DNA of 64,000 nt from Lama glama (taxonomy: Eukaryota): the NCBI GenBank assembly GCA_028534125.1, contig CM052832.1:8186001-8250000 (forward strand), written 5' to 3'. The position numbers and the translations under genes are program-made. The notes beneath the pieces are model-generated. The model was not told where the DNA came from. It worked only from the letters and a program-made list of their open reading frames with translations, and did no database searches. Below are positions 1-11,580 of the stretch, in pieces; the first letter of the stretch is position 1, and each line of letters opens with the position of its first letter.

Positions 1-169
1 CCCCACTTGGTGCAAGGCTTTGGCTCACCCACCCCTTGGCAGCTACCAGCCAGACCATCCTCCCAGAAGGCTTCTCTCCTACCCAGTCCAGTCTTAACCC
101 CACAAAGGATGAGCGTGTCTGTGAGAGGACGCATGTATATGCCTAACTGAGTGTACCTCGGAGCCTGTG

Positions 170-336
170 GGTATGAATGTGGGAGTGTGTACGTAAGACT
201 GTGTCTCCGTAGGTGGGTGTATATATGTGCGTGAGTATATATTTTGTGTGTATGAGTGTGCGATGTATATATGAGTATATGTGTGTGTGAATGTGTATGT
301 GAGTGTGTGAGTCTGTGTGAGTCTGTGTGTGTGTGG
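170..336. repeat. Degenerate (GT/GA/TA)n low-complexity microsatellite region
   Basis: Runs such as gtgtgtgtgaatgtgtatgtgagtgtgtgagtctgtgtgagtctgtgtgtgtgtgg; explains the His/Thr- and Cys/Val-rich ORFs. Confidence 0.85.
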
Positions 337-1179
337 CATGGGGAAGCAGCGAGGAGACAGAAGCTGTGCCCACTCTTCCTGGCCACCATCCCCTACTCCA
401 GCCACAGTGGGTGTCCGGACCTCCCACCCAGGGGTGCATGGCTGGCGTTTCTTAGAACAGCCCTCATTCAAATGATGTACCCTGCTTCCCCACTACTGCC
501 ATTTATTTTGCCAACCCCTACAGCCCCATATTCAGTCTGGACAATGCAGCCCCCATTTTTGGAAGTCTCCTTCTCTAGGGCTGGGGGAGGACCCCACTTT
601 CTCTCTATTTGGCCAACCAGAGTGGAGCTGGGGGCTGGGGGGCACTGCCGGTTTCAGGGAAGGTGGACCCCACTTCTGGGGCTCTAGGCTGGAGGTGTTG
701 TGGGGACAGGCTTTCCCACTCCCAGCCCCAGGCCTGGCCTGGATTTCCCTGGAGATGACAGCAGGAGGGAGCTCTGGCCCACAGGAGAACTGGGATTTGG
801 TTATTAAACCAAGTTGCAAGTTCAGTCCACTTTCTGGCCAACTTTTCTTCCCGCCTCCCTTTCTCCTCAAAATAATAGAAAAACCCGGGAGGAGTTCCTT
901 TCCTCCTGGGCCAGCTGGGGCAGGCTGGGGCCCTGCCATTGGCCCAGGCTCCTGTCATTGGAGGCACACCCCCTGGGCCGAGGCCAGCTCCCCCCCCACC
1001 ACAAGGGGGAGCAGTTTCATCAGACGCTGGCTCTCTCCGGCTCCAGCCTTCTGTGGGAGTCTCTGAAAGAATGCGCTCATCCTGAAGGCTGGATGTCATC
1101 ATCCTGACCTTTGACTCTCCCTGCCCCCTGCCAGGCCTTGAGCCTATGGTAGCAGCTGCGGTCACTGGGGTCGAATTTT

Positions 1180-1375
1180 GCCTGGATTTGAATCTTGGTT
1201 CAGCCACTTTCCAGCTATGTGATGTTGGACAGGTCACCCTATCTGAGCCTCAGTTTCCCCATCCATAACCGGGATGATCATATTGCTGTGTTTACTGGTT
1301 TGTTCTGGGGATTCAATGAGTTAATATTTATAAGGGTCTTGTGCTTTATCTTGCACAAGTGTTGGTAAACTAAAT
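1180..1375 (+). mobile_element. MIR SINE
   Basis: tgcctggatttgaatcttgg...cagctatgtga...tctgagcctcagtttccccatc...ggattcaatgagttaat follows the MIR consensus order. Confidence 0.85.
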
Positions 1376-2689
1376 CCATCACTTTCCTAAGTGATGGCCA
1401 GGTAAGGATTAGGAGGATGGGTGGGTGGGTCACTGACCTGCTAACCCCTAGCTTTATGCCTCAGCACTTACTCCTGTCATGACAATCAGCTCCTTCCCTG
1501 CATGGACCCAGGAAGGCTCTGACTGCTGCCCTCTTCCTCTGTATTGAAGGCCCCCCTCCCCCATCATTTAACCATGACACTGGCACTTCATCTCCTGGAG
1601 CAGGGATGTTGAATAGAGCAGAGAGCAGAACATGGAGCCCAGAGGGGCTCAGGAGAAAATCTCTCACACCATGACTGCTCTCTCTGTCTCACTGTCCTTT
1701 GGCTGGCAGCCATCCTGGAAGGTGGCCTGGGGGAAGAGGTGCCCGTGTGACAGGTCTCGTCTCTCCCCATGCCTTCTAGGTCTTGGCTGTTCTAGAGAGA
1801 GGAAGTGGCAGCTTTGCCTGCTGGGCTGGAAATGTAGGTTTTGGTTTGAGGATGGAAAAGATTCTCTCATGGAAACTCACCCGCCTTCCTGAGACAATGA
1901 TCCTGATCTGTTTCCAGGCTCACGCTGGGCCGGGGGCAGTAGTTCGGGGATTGCGCTCGGCTTTACAGGGTTGGTGGAGGGATGCTCTGTCCTCTCAGGC
2001 CCCTTCCCCCAGCCTCTCCCTCCTCCCCAGGCTCAGATCCCACCTCTCCTTGCCTGGTATCCCCTGCACCCCACCTCCCTGAGGACCATTAGGAGTCTTG
2101 GGAAGCTATGCGCCCCAGGCCAGAGCCCACACTGCCCAGCTGCCTCTGCCTGGTCCCACCGCAGTGTCCCGCCCCAGGCCTCTCTTGCTGAGCTCACCGT
2201 GGGGATGTAGACTGAGGCAGATGCTGAGGCCTGCCTGCAGCCTGACGTTCTGGTACTCAAAGTTCTCCAGCTCAACTGAGAGTTCTAATTCAGTCACAAG
2301 GACCCACTCTGTGCTCTTGTGGGCCTGGCAGAAGGAGGTGGAGCTGAAAAAGGCCCAGGTGGTCCTGGTTACCAGGGAGCTCCTTGACCAGAGAACAGCC
2401 CTCAAAAAGAAGCCAAGGATCATGAGATTCCTCCCTATCTCCCTCCCTCCTACAGATGTTTACTGGGCCCTCCATTGTAGCAGGCTGTGCTAAGCTCTGG
2501 CCACCAGTGAATTCTTGCCTTGCTCTGACGTTCAGAGGGAGCCCTGCTGCTGGACCCACACAGAGCTTTCTTTCCTCTGAGCTGCACAACTCTGCTCACT
2601 AGGGGCCCTCTCAGGCCCGAGTCTCCACTATCAGACTGTGGGCTCCCTGAGTGGAGCACCAGAGCTGTCTCCCTCTCACAGGATCTTCT

Positions 2690-2860
2690 GCATTCATTCA
2701 TTCATTCAGTCCCTCAGGGGGCCCCTGCTAAGTGTTGGGCTCTTGTGAATTGGCCAGCCATGCAGATGCTTTTTGAACTGGTTCCCAGTGGATGAGAAAA
2801 AGCTGGTTCTGGGAAGGAGGTTCCGGGCAGAGGGAGCAGTCATGCAAAGCCAGGATTGAG
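2690..2860 (-). mobile_element. L2 3' fragment (decayed)
   Basis: (ttca)n tail cattcattcattcattca and ggttccgggcagagggagcag...tgcaaagcc, typical of antisense L2. Confidence 0.5.
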
Positions 2861-4856
2861 ATAATCAGGGAGGAAGCAGGCCCTGCCCTGGAGCCACGGA
2901 GAAAGGAGGCTTAGAGAATGGCTGGAGATTTCACTGCTGTGGCAGGAGAGAAAGCCCAGGAGAGTGTCAAGTATCCGTTGCCCAAAGGAAGACAGGAATT
3001 CAAAATTCTGTGGAATCCCTGACTCATCGCTGGGGGTGGAGGGAGGTGGGAGAAGGCTGGGCTTCCTGGAGGATTGTCAGCTCACAGACTCCTCCCCCTG
3101 CCTGTCCTGTGGGGAATGTGTCCTGGGGCCCTAACTGTCATCAAGTGCTCCCTGATGTCTAATCATAGTCTCTCCTGCTGTATCCTTGTGTGTCCTTGGT
3201 GGAGATGTACCACAGTTGGGGCTGGCAGTCTCTCTTCTCCATCCGCCCAGGCCCTGGCAAAGGCCCTCTCCAGCCCTTTCTGGCCCCAAGTACTCTTCTG
3301 GGCCAGAGGCTGGGTCTAGGGCCTGGGGTTAGTTAGTTCCTGGGGAACAGCTTCATCGTCAGCCCCAGCCCAAGCTTCCACTTTGATATCTAGGATTAAC
3401 TAAGGTCTTAGATCACACTGAGAGGGCTGGAGGGGTGGGAAGCCCATGCTCTGTTCCTGTCTCTTTCTTACCCCGATTCTTTACCTTTTTTTCTATCTCT
3501 GTCTCTTTCCCGTCCCTTCCCCACCCCTTCCCCTTTTCTCTCTCTCTTTCTCTGTCTGACTTTCCTTGGTCCTTCCTCTGGACCCCTTCCTCCCTGAAAG
3601 TCTAGTCTCTGTCCCCATGGTCTACTCTTTCTGATGGTCCCCTGGCAGTGCTGGTGGACATACTGGAGGAGAATGGGAAACTGTGGAGCAGAGGGCACAC
3701 CTGTGCCCAGCAGCATGCAGGGGCCTAGCAGAGGCCACCGTGCACAGCCACCCTCTTCCTTGCCAAAGTCGGAGGAGATTCAGAGGACAAGGTCTCAGAT
3801 CAGCACTCCGGTTTCCATGCCAGGCCCACTGGTGGAGTTCAAAATAAAAGACCAGGCACTGAAGCCCTGAGTGATTTGACTTTCTAAAAGAAAAACAACA
3901 TGGTTGCTTCTCCAAGAGGGAAAACTGCCCACCCAGTCGAGGAAAGGGAAAACATACAGTAGTTGGACTTTAAGCCTCCCCAACAAAGGTTCCACCTCCA
4001 AACTGTTGGTGGGATTGAGGATGCTGTTTTGTCATGGAGAGGGGATGGGTTGGGGCAGGAAACAAAAGAGGACGGTGACCAGTCTCTTCTCTGCAGGTCA
4101 GCGGCTCCCTGGGACTCGGAACTGGGACAGACGTGCCCTGGGCCTCTTTCTGGGCATCTGAAGGAGACAGGAAATGGAAAGCTCTGAGTCTGCCAAGGAA
4201 ATTAAGCTCCTGGAGAAGACACAAACAAGACGATGGGGACAGATTTCTGGAGGGTCCTGGGTGGTGTGGCAGGCCGAGAAAGCAGAGTGGGGAGGCAGGC
4301 AGTTCTCTCCACGTATCAGGAGATGTGTTTTAGGGAGAACACAGAGCTACATTCAGCCCCAGGAGGTCTGATGGGCCTGCGCCCTCACATGAGTTCTGCT
4401 CAGACTGAGGGGTAGACAAACATTGTGGGCCCTGCAGTCTGTGTCTTGAAGGAGGGGAGGTAGGAACTTCCCTGGTGACAGGCCAGTGTGGGTGGCTGGG
4501 GGGGCTACGGCAGAGAAAATGGGACCCCCCCATCCTGCATGGCTGTTGAGGGAAGACACCGCTACCCCCACTGGAGCCCAGGGTCCCCACAGGTCCATGT
4601 CCTGTTCCAGTTCCAGATTCTTCCTCTCACGCCTCTGTCTCTGTTTGTTGTTCTCTCCCTGCCACCCTCCACCCCTTTTCTGTCTCTGTCCCTTCCTCCT
4701 TTCTCTTGTCCTCCTATTCCTCTCAGGCCCTGCCTCTCCTGTCAGGCCCTCCTGTCTTTCTCTGTGTCTGTTTCTCTCTTGGCCTCTTTGTGCTCTCTAG
4801 TACAAGAAAAACCTCCTCTTTCCATAAACATTTCCCCCCACTGGGCACCGGGTGTC

Positions 4857-4858
<2 letters not shown>

Positions 4859-4897
<39 letters not shown>
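4859..4897. repeat. (GT)n microsatellite, ~19 units
   Basis: Perfect gt repeat read directly. Confidence 0.98.
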
Positions 4898-4899
<2 letters not shown>

Positions 4900-5699
4900 G
4901 GGGCTGCTGGTCCAGTCAAGGTGGGGCAGGCTGTGGAGGGTGTGGCTGCAGGTGGGAGGGGTGAGGGCTGGGGTGGGGGCTGCTGTCCCTCTGGGTGGTG
5001 GGCAGAGTCAGGCTTTCTAGGCAGAGGCAGCCCCAACTCTGCCCCTCCCCAGGCCCGCAGTAATTCTAGGAAAACCACAAGAGCCTGCCCCGCGGTAGCC
5101 GGGGTACACAAAGCACATTGTTCCACTCCCCAGGTCTCTGCTCCTGCTGCTGCTGGCTGCGCTGCCAGTTCCTGGTGGCAAGCTGGCAGCCTCACTTTCT
5201 GTGGTCAGGACTGCCCACCTGGCTGCCTATCTATTGTTCCCCCTCAGCAGGTAGGGATGGGGGCCACTCTGGGGCAGGGACAGGCATGCTGAGCCTGCTG
5301 ACCCTCAGGAATGACACCCACGCCCCTCCCTGCCAGCTGCCCACCCCGCACACCTTGCTCCATTCCAAGAGCTGGCCAGGCTGGTCAGCCCTCCATTCCT
5401 ACTCCAGCCTGTTCTTTCCTACAAGTCTTTGCAGAGGTTGGGTCTCCTGCATGGGACACTCACCCTCTCTTTATTCCATCTGTCAGGCTTCAATCACTGC
5501 CTGCAACTCACCTCCTCTGGGAAGCCTTCCTGGATTGCCTCCTTCCCATCTCAGAAAGCCCATTGCTCCCAGGCCCTGCCAGATGGCCGGGCCCACAGCA
5601 GACACATGATGTGATTGATATCTAGCTCTCCTGGCTGAATGCAGTTCCAGAAACAGCCTGGGGCGAGCAGAAAGTGCCAGCACTGACTCCCACCCACCA

Positions 5700-5835
5700 G
5701 CTGCCAGGCACGTCCTGTACATTATTCACTTCATTCACACAGCAGCCCTTTCAGATAGGGGTTATTATTCCCATTTAACACATGAGAAAACTGAGGCTCT
5801 GAGAGATTAACCAACTTCCCTGAGGTCACAGAGCA
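5700..5835 (-). mobile_element. MIR SINE
   Basis: attattcccatttaacacatgagaaaactgaggctctgagagattaaccaacttccctgaggtcacag = antisense MIR core. Confidence 0.85.
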
Positions 5836-6731
5836 ACACCCCTAAACTAAGGCACTCTCAAAATGATGTGGGAATGCCAGGGCCTTCCAGGGTGGATGGA
5901 AAGAGTTCCTCTCAAGGACTTGGAGTGTTTCAGCTCCCAGGTGTGTTGGGAAGGAAGGTCCAGGTGTTGCTACCAGAGTTTGGGATGGGGGCAGGAGGAT
6001 GGATGAAATGACCCCATGAGTGCTTGCCTGGGCTCATTCCGTGCCCTTTGCCCTCCCTGTGAAGATCTTCCAGTACTACCCTCAGAGGGCTCAGCCCCCA
6101 GTTCTCCCACGAGGGCAAACACTTAGCAACTCCCAGTCCCTGCCCAGCTGACCATAGACCCCACCTCTGGCTCCCTTCCTCAGGGCTGGCCCCAAAGTGC
6201 CAAGGGAGGCCTGGTTCAGAGCAGCCTGCTAGTTCTCTGTTCCAGTGGGCCCCTAACCCTGCTCTGTTGCTCCCCTCCTTAGACCACCTTGGCTGAAATT
6301 TTCCCAGGACCTCCATCAGGGATGCTTCTCTGCCTTTGGGGAGAGCCTGGATTCAGACTTCCCGTCCCTGTGACCATACATGGAGCTCACCCCTCCTTTT
6401 CCCATTGTCTCTGCTCTTCCTTCTGTCTTCCTCTGGGGCGTGTTGTGTTCTATGTGCAAAGCACGGCCAGAGTCCACGGTGAGTGGGTCCGTCAACAGCC
6501 AACCAGCCAGAAACATGAACTAATGTAGCAGGAGACCATGCAAAGCATTGTGGGAGCTCAGGGAAGAACACTGGACACAGGCGGGTGCACTCCTAGAAGA
6601 CAAACCTTGAAGGACCACAGAGAAGGGAGCCTTTGTGTGCGGATCTGGTGGAGAGGAGCGCCTCCAGGCCACTCCCCAGAGGAATCTTTCCTGGACTGTG
6701 AGCTTCTGGGCAGGGCCTGCATCTTCTGAAG

Positions 6732-6997
6732 CAGTGCTTTTCAGACCCCCTGGGGAAAAGACCAGTTGTTTTTCTTTAAATGCCAACTTGTCATAGACCA
6801 ATAAAATGATAAAATACAATACACAGGAATTGTTAGAAACATACGACAAAGTACAAGCCCCAGTATTTTATTATTGGATCTAACAGACATGAAATCACTC
6901 CATCAAATAGCTACTGAGTCCAAGTGCCCTTGCACCTACTCGGTCCCGGGCAGCCGTGGTTGGGCCTGGTGGGCGGATTGCTCCTTCAGTGTCATTG
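6732..6997. mobile_element. hAT-Charlie non-autonomous DNA transposon
   Basis: Starts cagtgcttttcaga, ends ...gtgtcattg; interior aaaatacaat...tacaagccc...ttttattatt..atctaacagacat.aaatcactc resembles short Charlie MITEs. Confidence 0.6.
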
Positions 6998-7005
6998 CCC
7001 TGGAG

Positions 7006-7170
7006 CAGGGTGTTCAAAGTGCAGGTCCTGATCTGTTAGGTGGGTGGGAAATTAATTCCATAGGTTGTGACCAGCATCCCCAAACATGAAATAGAACAGA
7101 GTGGGAAATGCAGAGCCTTACCTGTAGTAGGGAAAGCATAGTTTTGTGAAACGTTTATTTTAGATGCCCC
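7006..7170. mobile_element. hAT-Charlie MITE (MER112-like), partial
   Basis: cagggtgttcaaagtgcaggtc...gaaattaatt...ggttgtgaccagcat...atgaaatagaacaga...ttttgtgaaac. Confidence 0.55.
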
Positions 7171-7709
7171 TGTCCACAGTGCTGTATCGACCCAGTCTGC
7201 TCTGTGAAGCCATCATTCTGACCTCGGCCCCTTTTTTCCCTCCCTCTGGAGTCTAGCTCTTCCATCTCCTCCTCTGGCCACATGTGGGCTCTGGAATCCA
7301 TGGTCCTTCCACTTGCCTGATTCTTTTTTTATGGCCAGTCCTCCTCCACCCTCACTTTCCCCAGATGTTCCCTTCCTCCTGGGCCCCCTGGAACCAGGCC
7401 CAAAACACTGTGCTGGGCCCAGGGTAGCCCCCAGACACAGACTAGGGGATCCCTGCCCTCAGGAAGGGAGTAGCTGTCCCCGGGGGACGGGTCAGAGCTG
7501 TACTGGGGGCAGTCAGGGAATGGAATGCATCATATAAAGAAATGTGTGATAGCAAATGAACCCTGAACCCAAGCCCAGGCTGGGCTGGGAGAGGACCTGG
7601 TTCTTCCCGGGGGCTCTCAATGGGGAGAAGAACCACATGATCCCATCCAGGATCCTTGTTGAGCTGTCACCTCCTATGTTAGGGCTCTGTGGATATGCTG
7701 CCCCCACTC

Positions 7710-7836
7710 TAGGCATGTACTGTAACTTATTTAACCAGTTCTCTAGAGATGAACCTCTGGGTTGTTTCCAGGTTTTTTTTTTTTCAAAGAATTATAAACA
7801 ATTAGAAACAATGCTGCAATGAGCATTTTTGTATCT
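7710..7836 (-). mobile_element. L1M (L1ME-like) 3' fragment
   Basis: ttatttaaccagttctct...gggttgtttccag...aaacaatgctgcaatgagcattttt. Confidence 0.7.
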
Positions 7837-8079
7837 CTCCCTCATGACATCTTAGCTGCTGACTCCCCAGGGTCCCCTCACTTCACCTCCTGTTTCTCTC
7901 CTCTCTAACCACACATGGTCCACATTCCTCCTCAGCCCACAGCTCCTGTTCTGGGGGCTGAACATGAGCCAGAAGTTTGGAAAATGTGATCTCCTTCCTT
8001 CCCAGGCCACACACCCTCCTTCCTCACAACGACTCATTTGGTTTCATCAGCCAGGCTTCCCAAATACCCAACTGAACTG

Positions 8080-8520
8080 TAAGGACCGTTTCTGGAAGTA
8101 ACAGAAAACCCAACTCAAAATTGTTTCGACAATACAGGAAGTTTGTATTTCGTAAGAAAAGATTTCCTGAGATAGGGTGACTCTACAGCATCACCAGGCA
8201 CCCAGTTTCCTTCTTTCTGTTCTGCTCCCCTCAGGTGTTGGCTTGTTCTTTGAGTGCTGCAGCTCCCCTCATGGTTGTAAGATGGCTGCTGAAGGTCTAG
8301 ACATCACATCCAGACATGATATATCTGGAGGTTGAAGAGGGGCCATCTCTTTCTGTGAGTTATTTTATAGATCAAGAAAACTTTTCCCTGAAATGCCTTC
8401 AGCAAACTTACCCTTGGTTCTCATAGGCCAAGTTTAGAGCAACTGTGCATTCCTTTGTTAACTCTTGGTAGGGAGAATGATGCTTCCTTGGTTGGTGAGG
8501 CTTGGGGCTGTGTGAACTGA
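8080..8520 (-). mobile_element. MaLR LTR (MLT1K-like)
   Basis: aagtaacagaaaacccaactcaaa...ctcatggttgtaagatggctgc...catcacatcc...ctcataggcca. Confidence 0.75.
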
Positions 8521-9055
8521 GTTGGAGAAAAGGGGTCTGGGGACAGAGGCTGAGTGGACAAGCCACAATATCTACCACACAGGCCAAAAGAGAAAGTCTC
8601 GCCAGTGGGGAGCACTCTGTTTCTGTGTTTCTCAACCAGCTGTGGCTCCTGCTCCAAAGACGTATCTTGAAACTAATGCAATTAGAAAACATTCGTTGAG
8701 GGAATGAGATATGGTTTCACCCTTGAAGGAGTTTGTTGCAGTGCAGGAGAGAAGAGAGCAGGACCAGGGTAACAGGGCTGGGGAAGGCAGGCTAAATCTG
8801 CTGAAACCGGAGACAGAAAGTGCTCTAGCCCTTTTCTCCGAGGGAAAGAGTTGATGAGGAGTCCCGGTTTGTGCTGGACTGCATGCAAGGGGCTGACTGA
8901 GATGAACTTTGAACTGTGTTTCCCCTAGTGCTGGGGCCAGCTCCGTGTCAGGGATGGGGACACCAAGGTGCAGGAGATACAGAGGTAAGGGCGGCACTTA
9001 TCCCAAGCCAGGGTCCCATTTCTCCTGGCCCTCAGGTGGGTCTGGTCCTTGCTCC

Positions 9056-9142
9056 TGAGTCACAGAGGGACAGGAAGGAAAGAAGGAGGACTGTGAGTCA
9101 GGAGCCTACCTGGGTGAAAAGAAAAACACAGGAAGTGACTCA
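9056..9142. promoter_or_regulatory. Candidate enhancer: three AP-1 sites plus an overlapping ETS site
   Basis: TGAGTCA 9056-9062, TGAGTCA 9094-9100, TGACTCA 9136-9142, CAGGAAGT 9129-9136. Confidence 0.45.
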
Positions 9143-9799
9143 AGGACTATAGGGCGGACAGGTGGCCTGCAGTGCCCTGGGACAGACCCTGGGGGAGTTG
9201 GCTGAGGGCAAGGGTCTCCTCCCCAGAGGCTGCCTGTGCACGCCATCCTGGCTATTTCTGCCAACCATGTTTCCCACAAACCCTTCCCCTCCTCACCACA
9301 GGAGGCCACCTGCCCACTCACCCACAAACCCAGCGACCAGCTGTCGCAATTCCTGGCACTGGTCCACCCCCTGCATCCGGAAGGGCTCATCACCTCTGAC
9401 CCCAGAACGTGGGTCAGCCCCTTTCCCTGCCACCCCCCCAGTGCATCTCCTTCTGCCCTCACACCCAGAAGGGAGAGGTGTCCGGGCCAGTAGAGGGTGG
9501 GGGGTCTTCTGAGCAAAGCAGATACATCTGTGCATGCGTGTATGACTGGGTCGTCCTCAAGATTAGGGATATCAGTGTCACGTCCAGGTGGAGTGACAAG
9601 TATAAAGGTTGAGGGAGCCCAAGCCTTGTCAATTGCTGGGTCCTCTGCTGTGAGCAAGTCAGAGAGGCCTTTGTCCCACTTACCGGAGTTCAGGTTTGAG
9701 GTCAGGGCCCAGGCTAGTAATAACATGATATTTTGCTTCCCTTTACCTCTGTTCTTTTGCTCTGAGGGAGGACGTGTGGCTGGTCCAAAGCATGATTAA

Positions 9800-11580
9800 A
9801 GCATACTATATTAAATTTTATTTTACAAATGTTATATTATACATAAGTTTAGCAACTTGTTTTTTCACTTATTATCTTAGGCATCATCCCGTAATAGTAT
9901 ATTTACAAAGTATCCTTATTCTTCTAATAGCATCATAGAATTTCACTCTATGGATGTACTATGTGTTTAACCAATTCCCTATGAATGAACAAATGGGTTG
10001 TTCCCTGCACCATCTCCCTCTGTCTTTTAAAAAAGTTATAAACAATGCTGCAATGAACATCTTTGTCCATTTACTTTTAGTGCTTGCATAAATGTTTTTG
10101 CAGGATAAAATCCAAGAAGTTAAACTGCTAGGTCAAAGAGTATAGACAACATTTATAATTTAATAGATAATGCCTAATTGCTCTCCAGAATGCACTAATT
10201 TTCCTTCCATCAGCCTTGTAATCACATCTTCCACAACCCTGTGTGGTATGAATCTTCTTAATCCTTACCAGTTTGATAACTGAGAAATTATATCTTGTTT
10301 TCATTTGCAATTAAAATTGTTAGTGAGATGGAACATTTTGTATATTTTTATTAGACGGGTTTTTTTTGTGAATAACTTATTTATATTCTTTGCCTGTATT
10401 TCCACGTTGGATTGTTATCTTTTCCTTATTGCTTTGTAAAAGACATCTTTTTTTTTTTTAAATAGGAAAATGAGCATCTTGGCACACATCTTGCAGGTAT
10501 TCCCTTATTTTGTCCTTTGATGTTATTTATGGAGTTTTTTTTTCTTTTAATTCCTATGTAGACACATTTATTACTTTTCTCTGTTTTGACTTCTGTTTTG
10601 TTCCATGGCTGGAAAAGTCTTTGCTACCCTAGGATCATAAAAACATTCACACACATTTTCTTCTGGCACTTTTATGGCTTTATTTTTCAAATGCTTTGTT
10701 TTCAAAATGTTTTTTTCTTTAAATCTTTGATCCTGTTGAAATTAATTTCAGTGTTAAGAGTAAGGTAGGGAATACAGATTTATTTATTTTTATCCTAGCG
10801 TCTCAACTCATTGAATTGAATTCTCATGTTTATTTGGGTCAATTTCAAATTTCTGCATTCTTCACTATTGATCTGTCTGCTGGTACCAGTCCCATTCCAT
10901 TTTAATTATTGTAGTTGTCTAATTTTTTAAAAGTATTTTTAAAGGGCTACTCCTTCCTTATTGGTTTACTTTTTCCATCCAGGAATTTTCTGGCTTTTCT
11001 TTCATATTTATTTTTCTAGATAAATTTATAATCACATTGTCACATTATCTCTAAAAAAATTCTACTGAATTAAATTCATTTTGGGGACAAAGACATACTT
11101 TCAGTGTTATTGACTTTTTATCCAAGAGCAAAGTCTCTCTCTCTGTTTATCCAAGCCTATGTAAAAGTCCCTCATTCGGGTTTTATAGCTGTTTCCATGT
11201 ATCCCTGCACATTTTTTTTTATGTTTCATATTATAATTTTATTGCCTTCATGCATGGAACCTTAATGTTTGTGTTTAGGAAGTCTTATTTTTAAACTGGC
11301 CACCTTGCTAAATCTTCTGATTATTTCTTAAAGTCATTTAGCTGATTCTCTTGGAATATCCATGCATAGAATAACATCATCCAATGATAATAATTATGCT
11401 TTCTCTTTACAATATTTATAATTCTTATTTTGCTCTTTTATCTAATTGCATTGTCAAGTAATTCCAGAATGATCTTAAATACTCACGGTGATAGTTGATG
11501 GTGACAATTGACATCTGTCTTTAACATGGGGCTACTTCTAGACTCTCCTCTATGAAATATGTTGTTTACTTATTAAGATA
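9800..11580 (-). mobile_element. Old L1 (L1ME/L1MC-like), ORF2 3' part and 3'UTR, decayed
   Basis: Abrupt AT-rich block with antisense L1 phrases: ataaacaatgctgcaatgaacatctttg, tttcatttgcaatt, ttaattattgtag, ctaattgcattg. Confidence 0.85.

Noticed and set aside
94..687. His/Thr- and Cys/Val-rich ORFs
   Set aside because: Translation of the GT-rich microsatellite
605..1237. Longest gap-free ORFs (this one, 9106-9726, 31849-32505, 44512-45120)
   Set aside because: Typical chance ORFs in GC-rich DNA; two overlap MIR or L2 sequence and none shows a domain I recognise
2098..2493. Overlapping ORFs with protein-like composition (ELELSVELENFEYQNVRLQ; QKEVELKKAQVV)
   Set aside because: No recognisable family, no convincing splice pair, poly(A) or TSD; cannot support a CDS or pseudogene without BLAST
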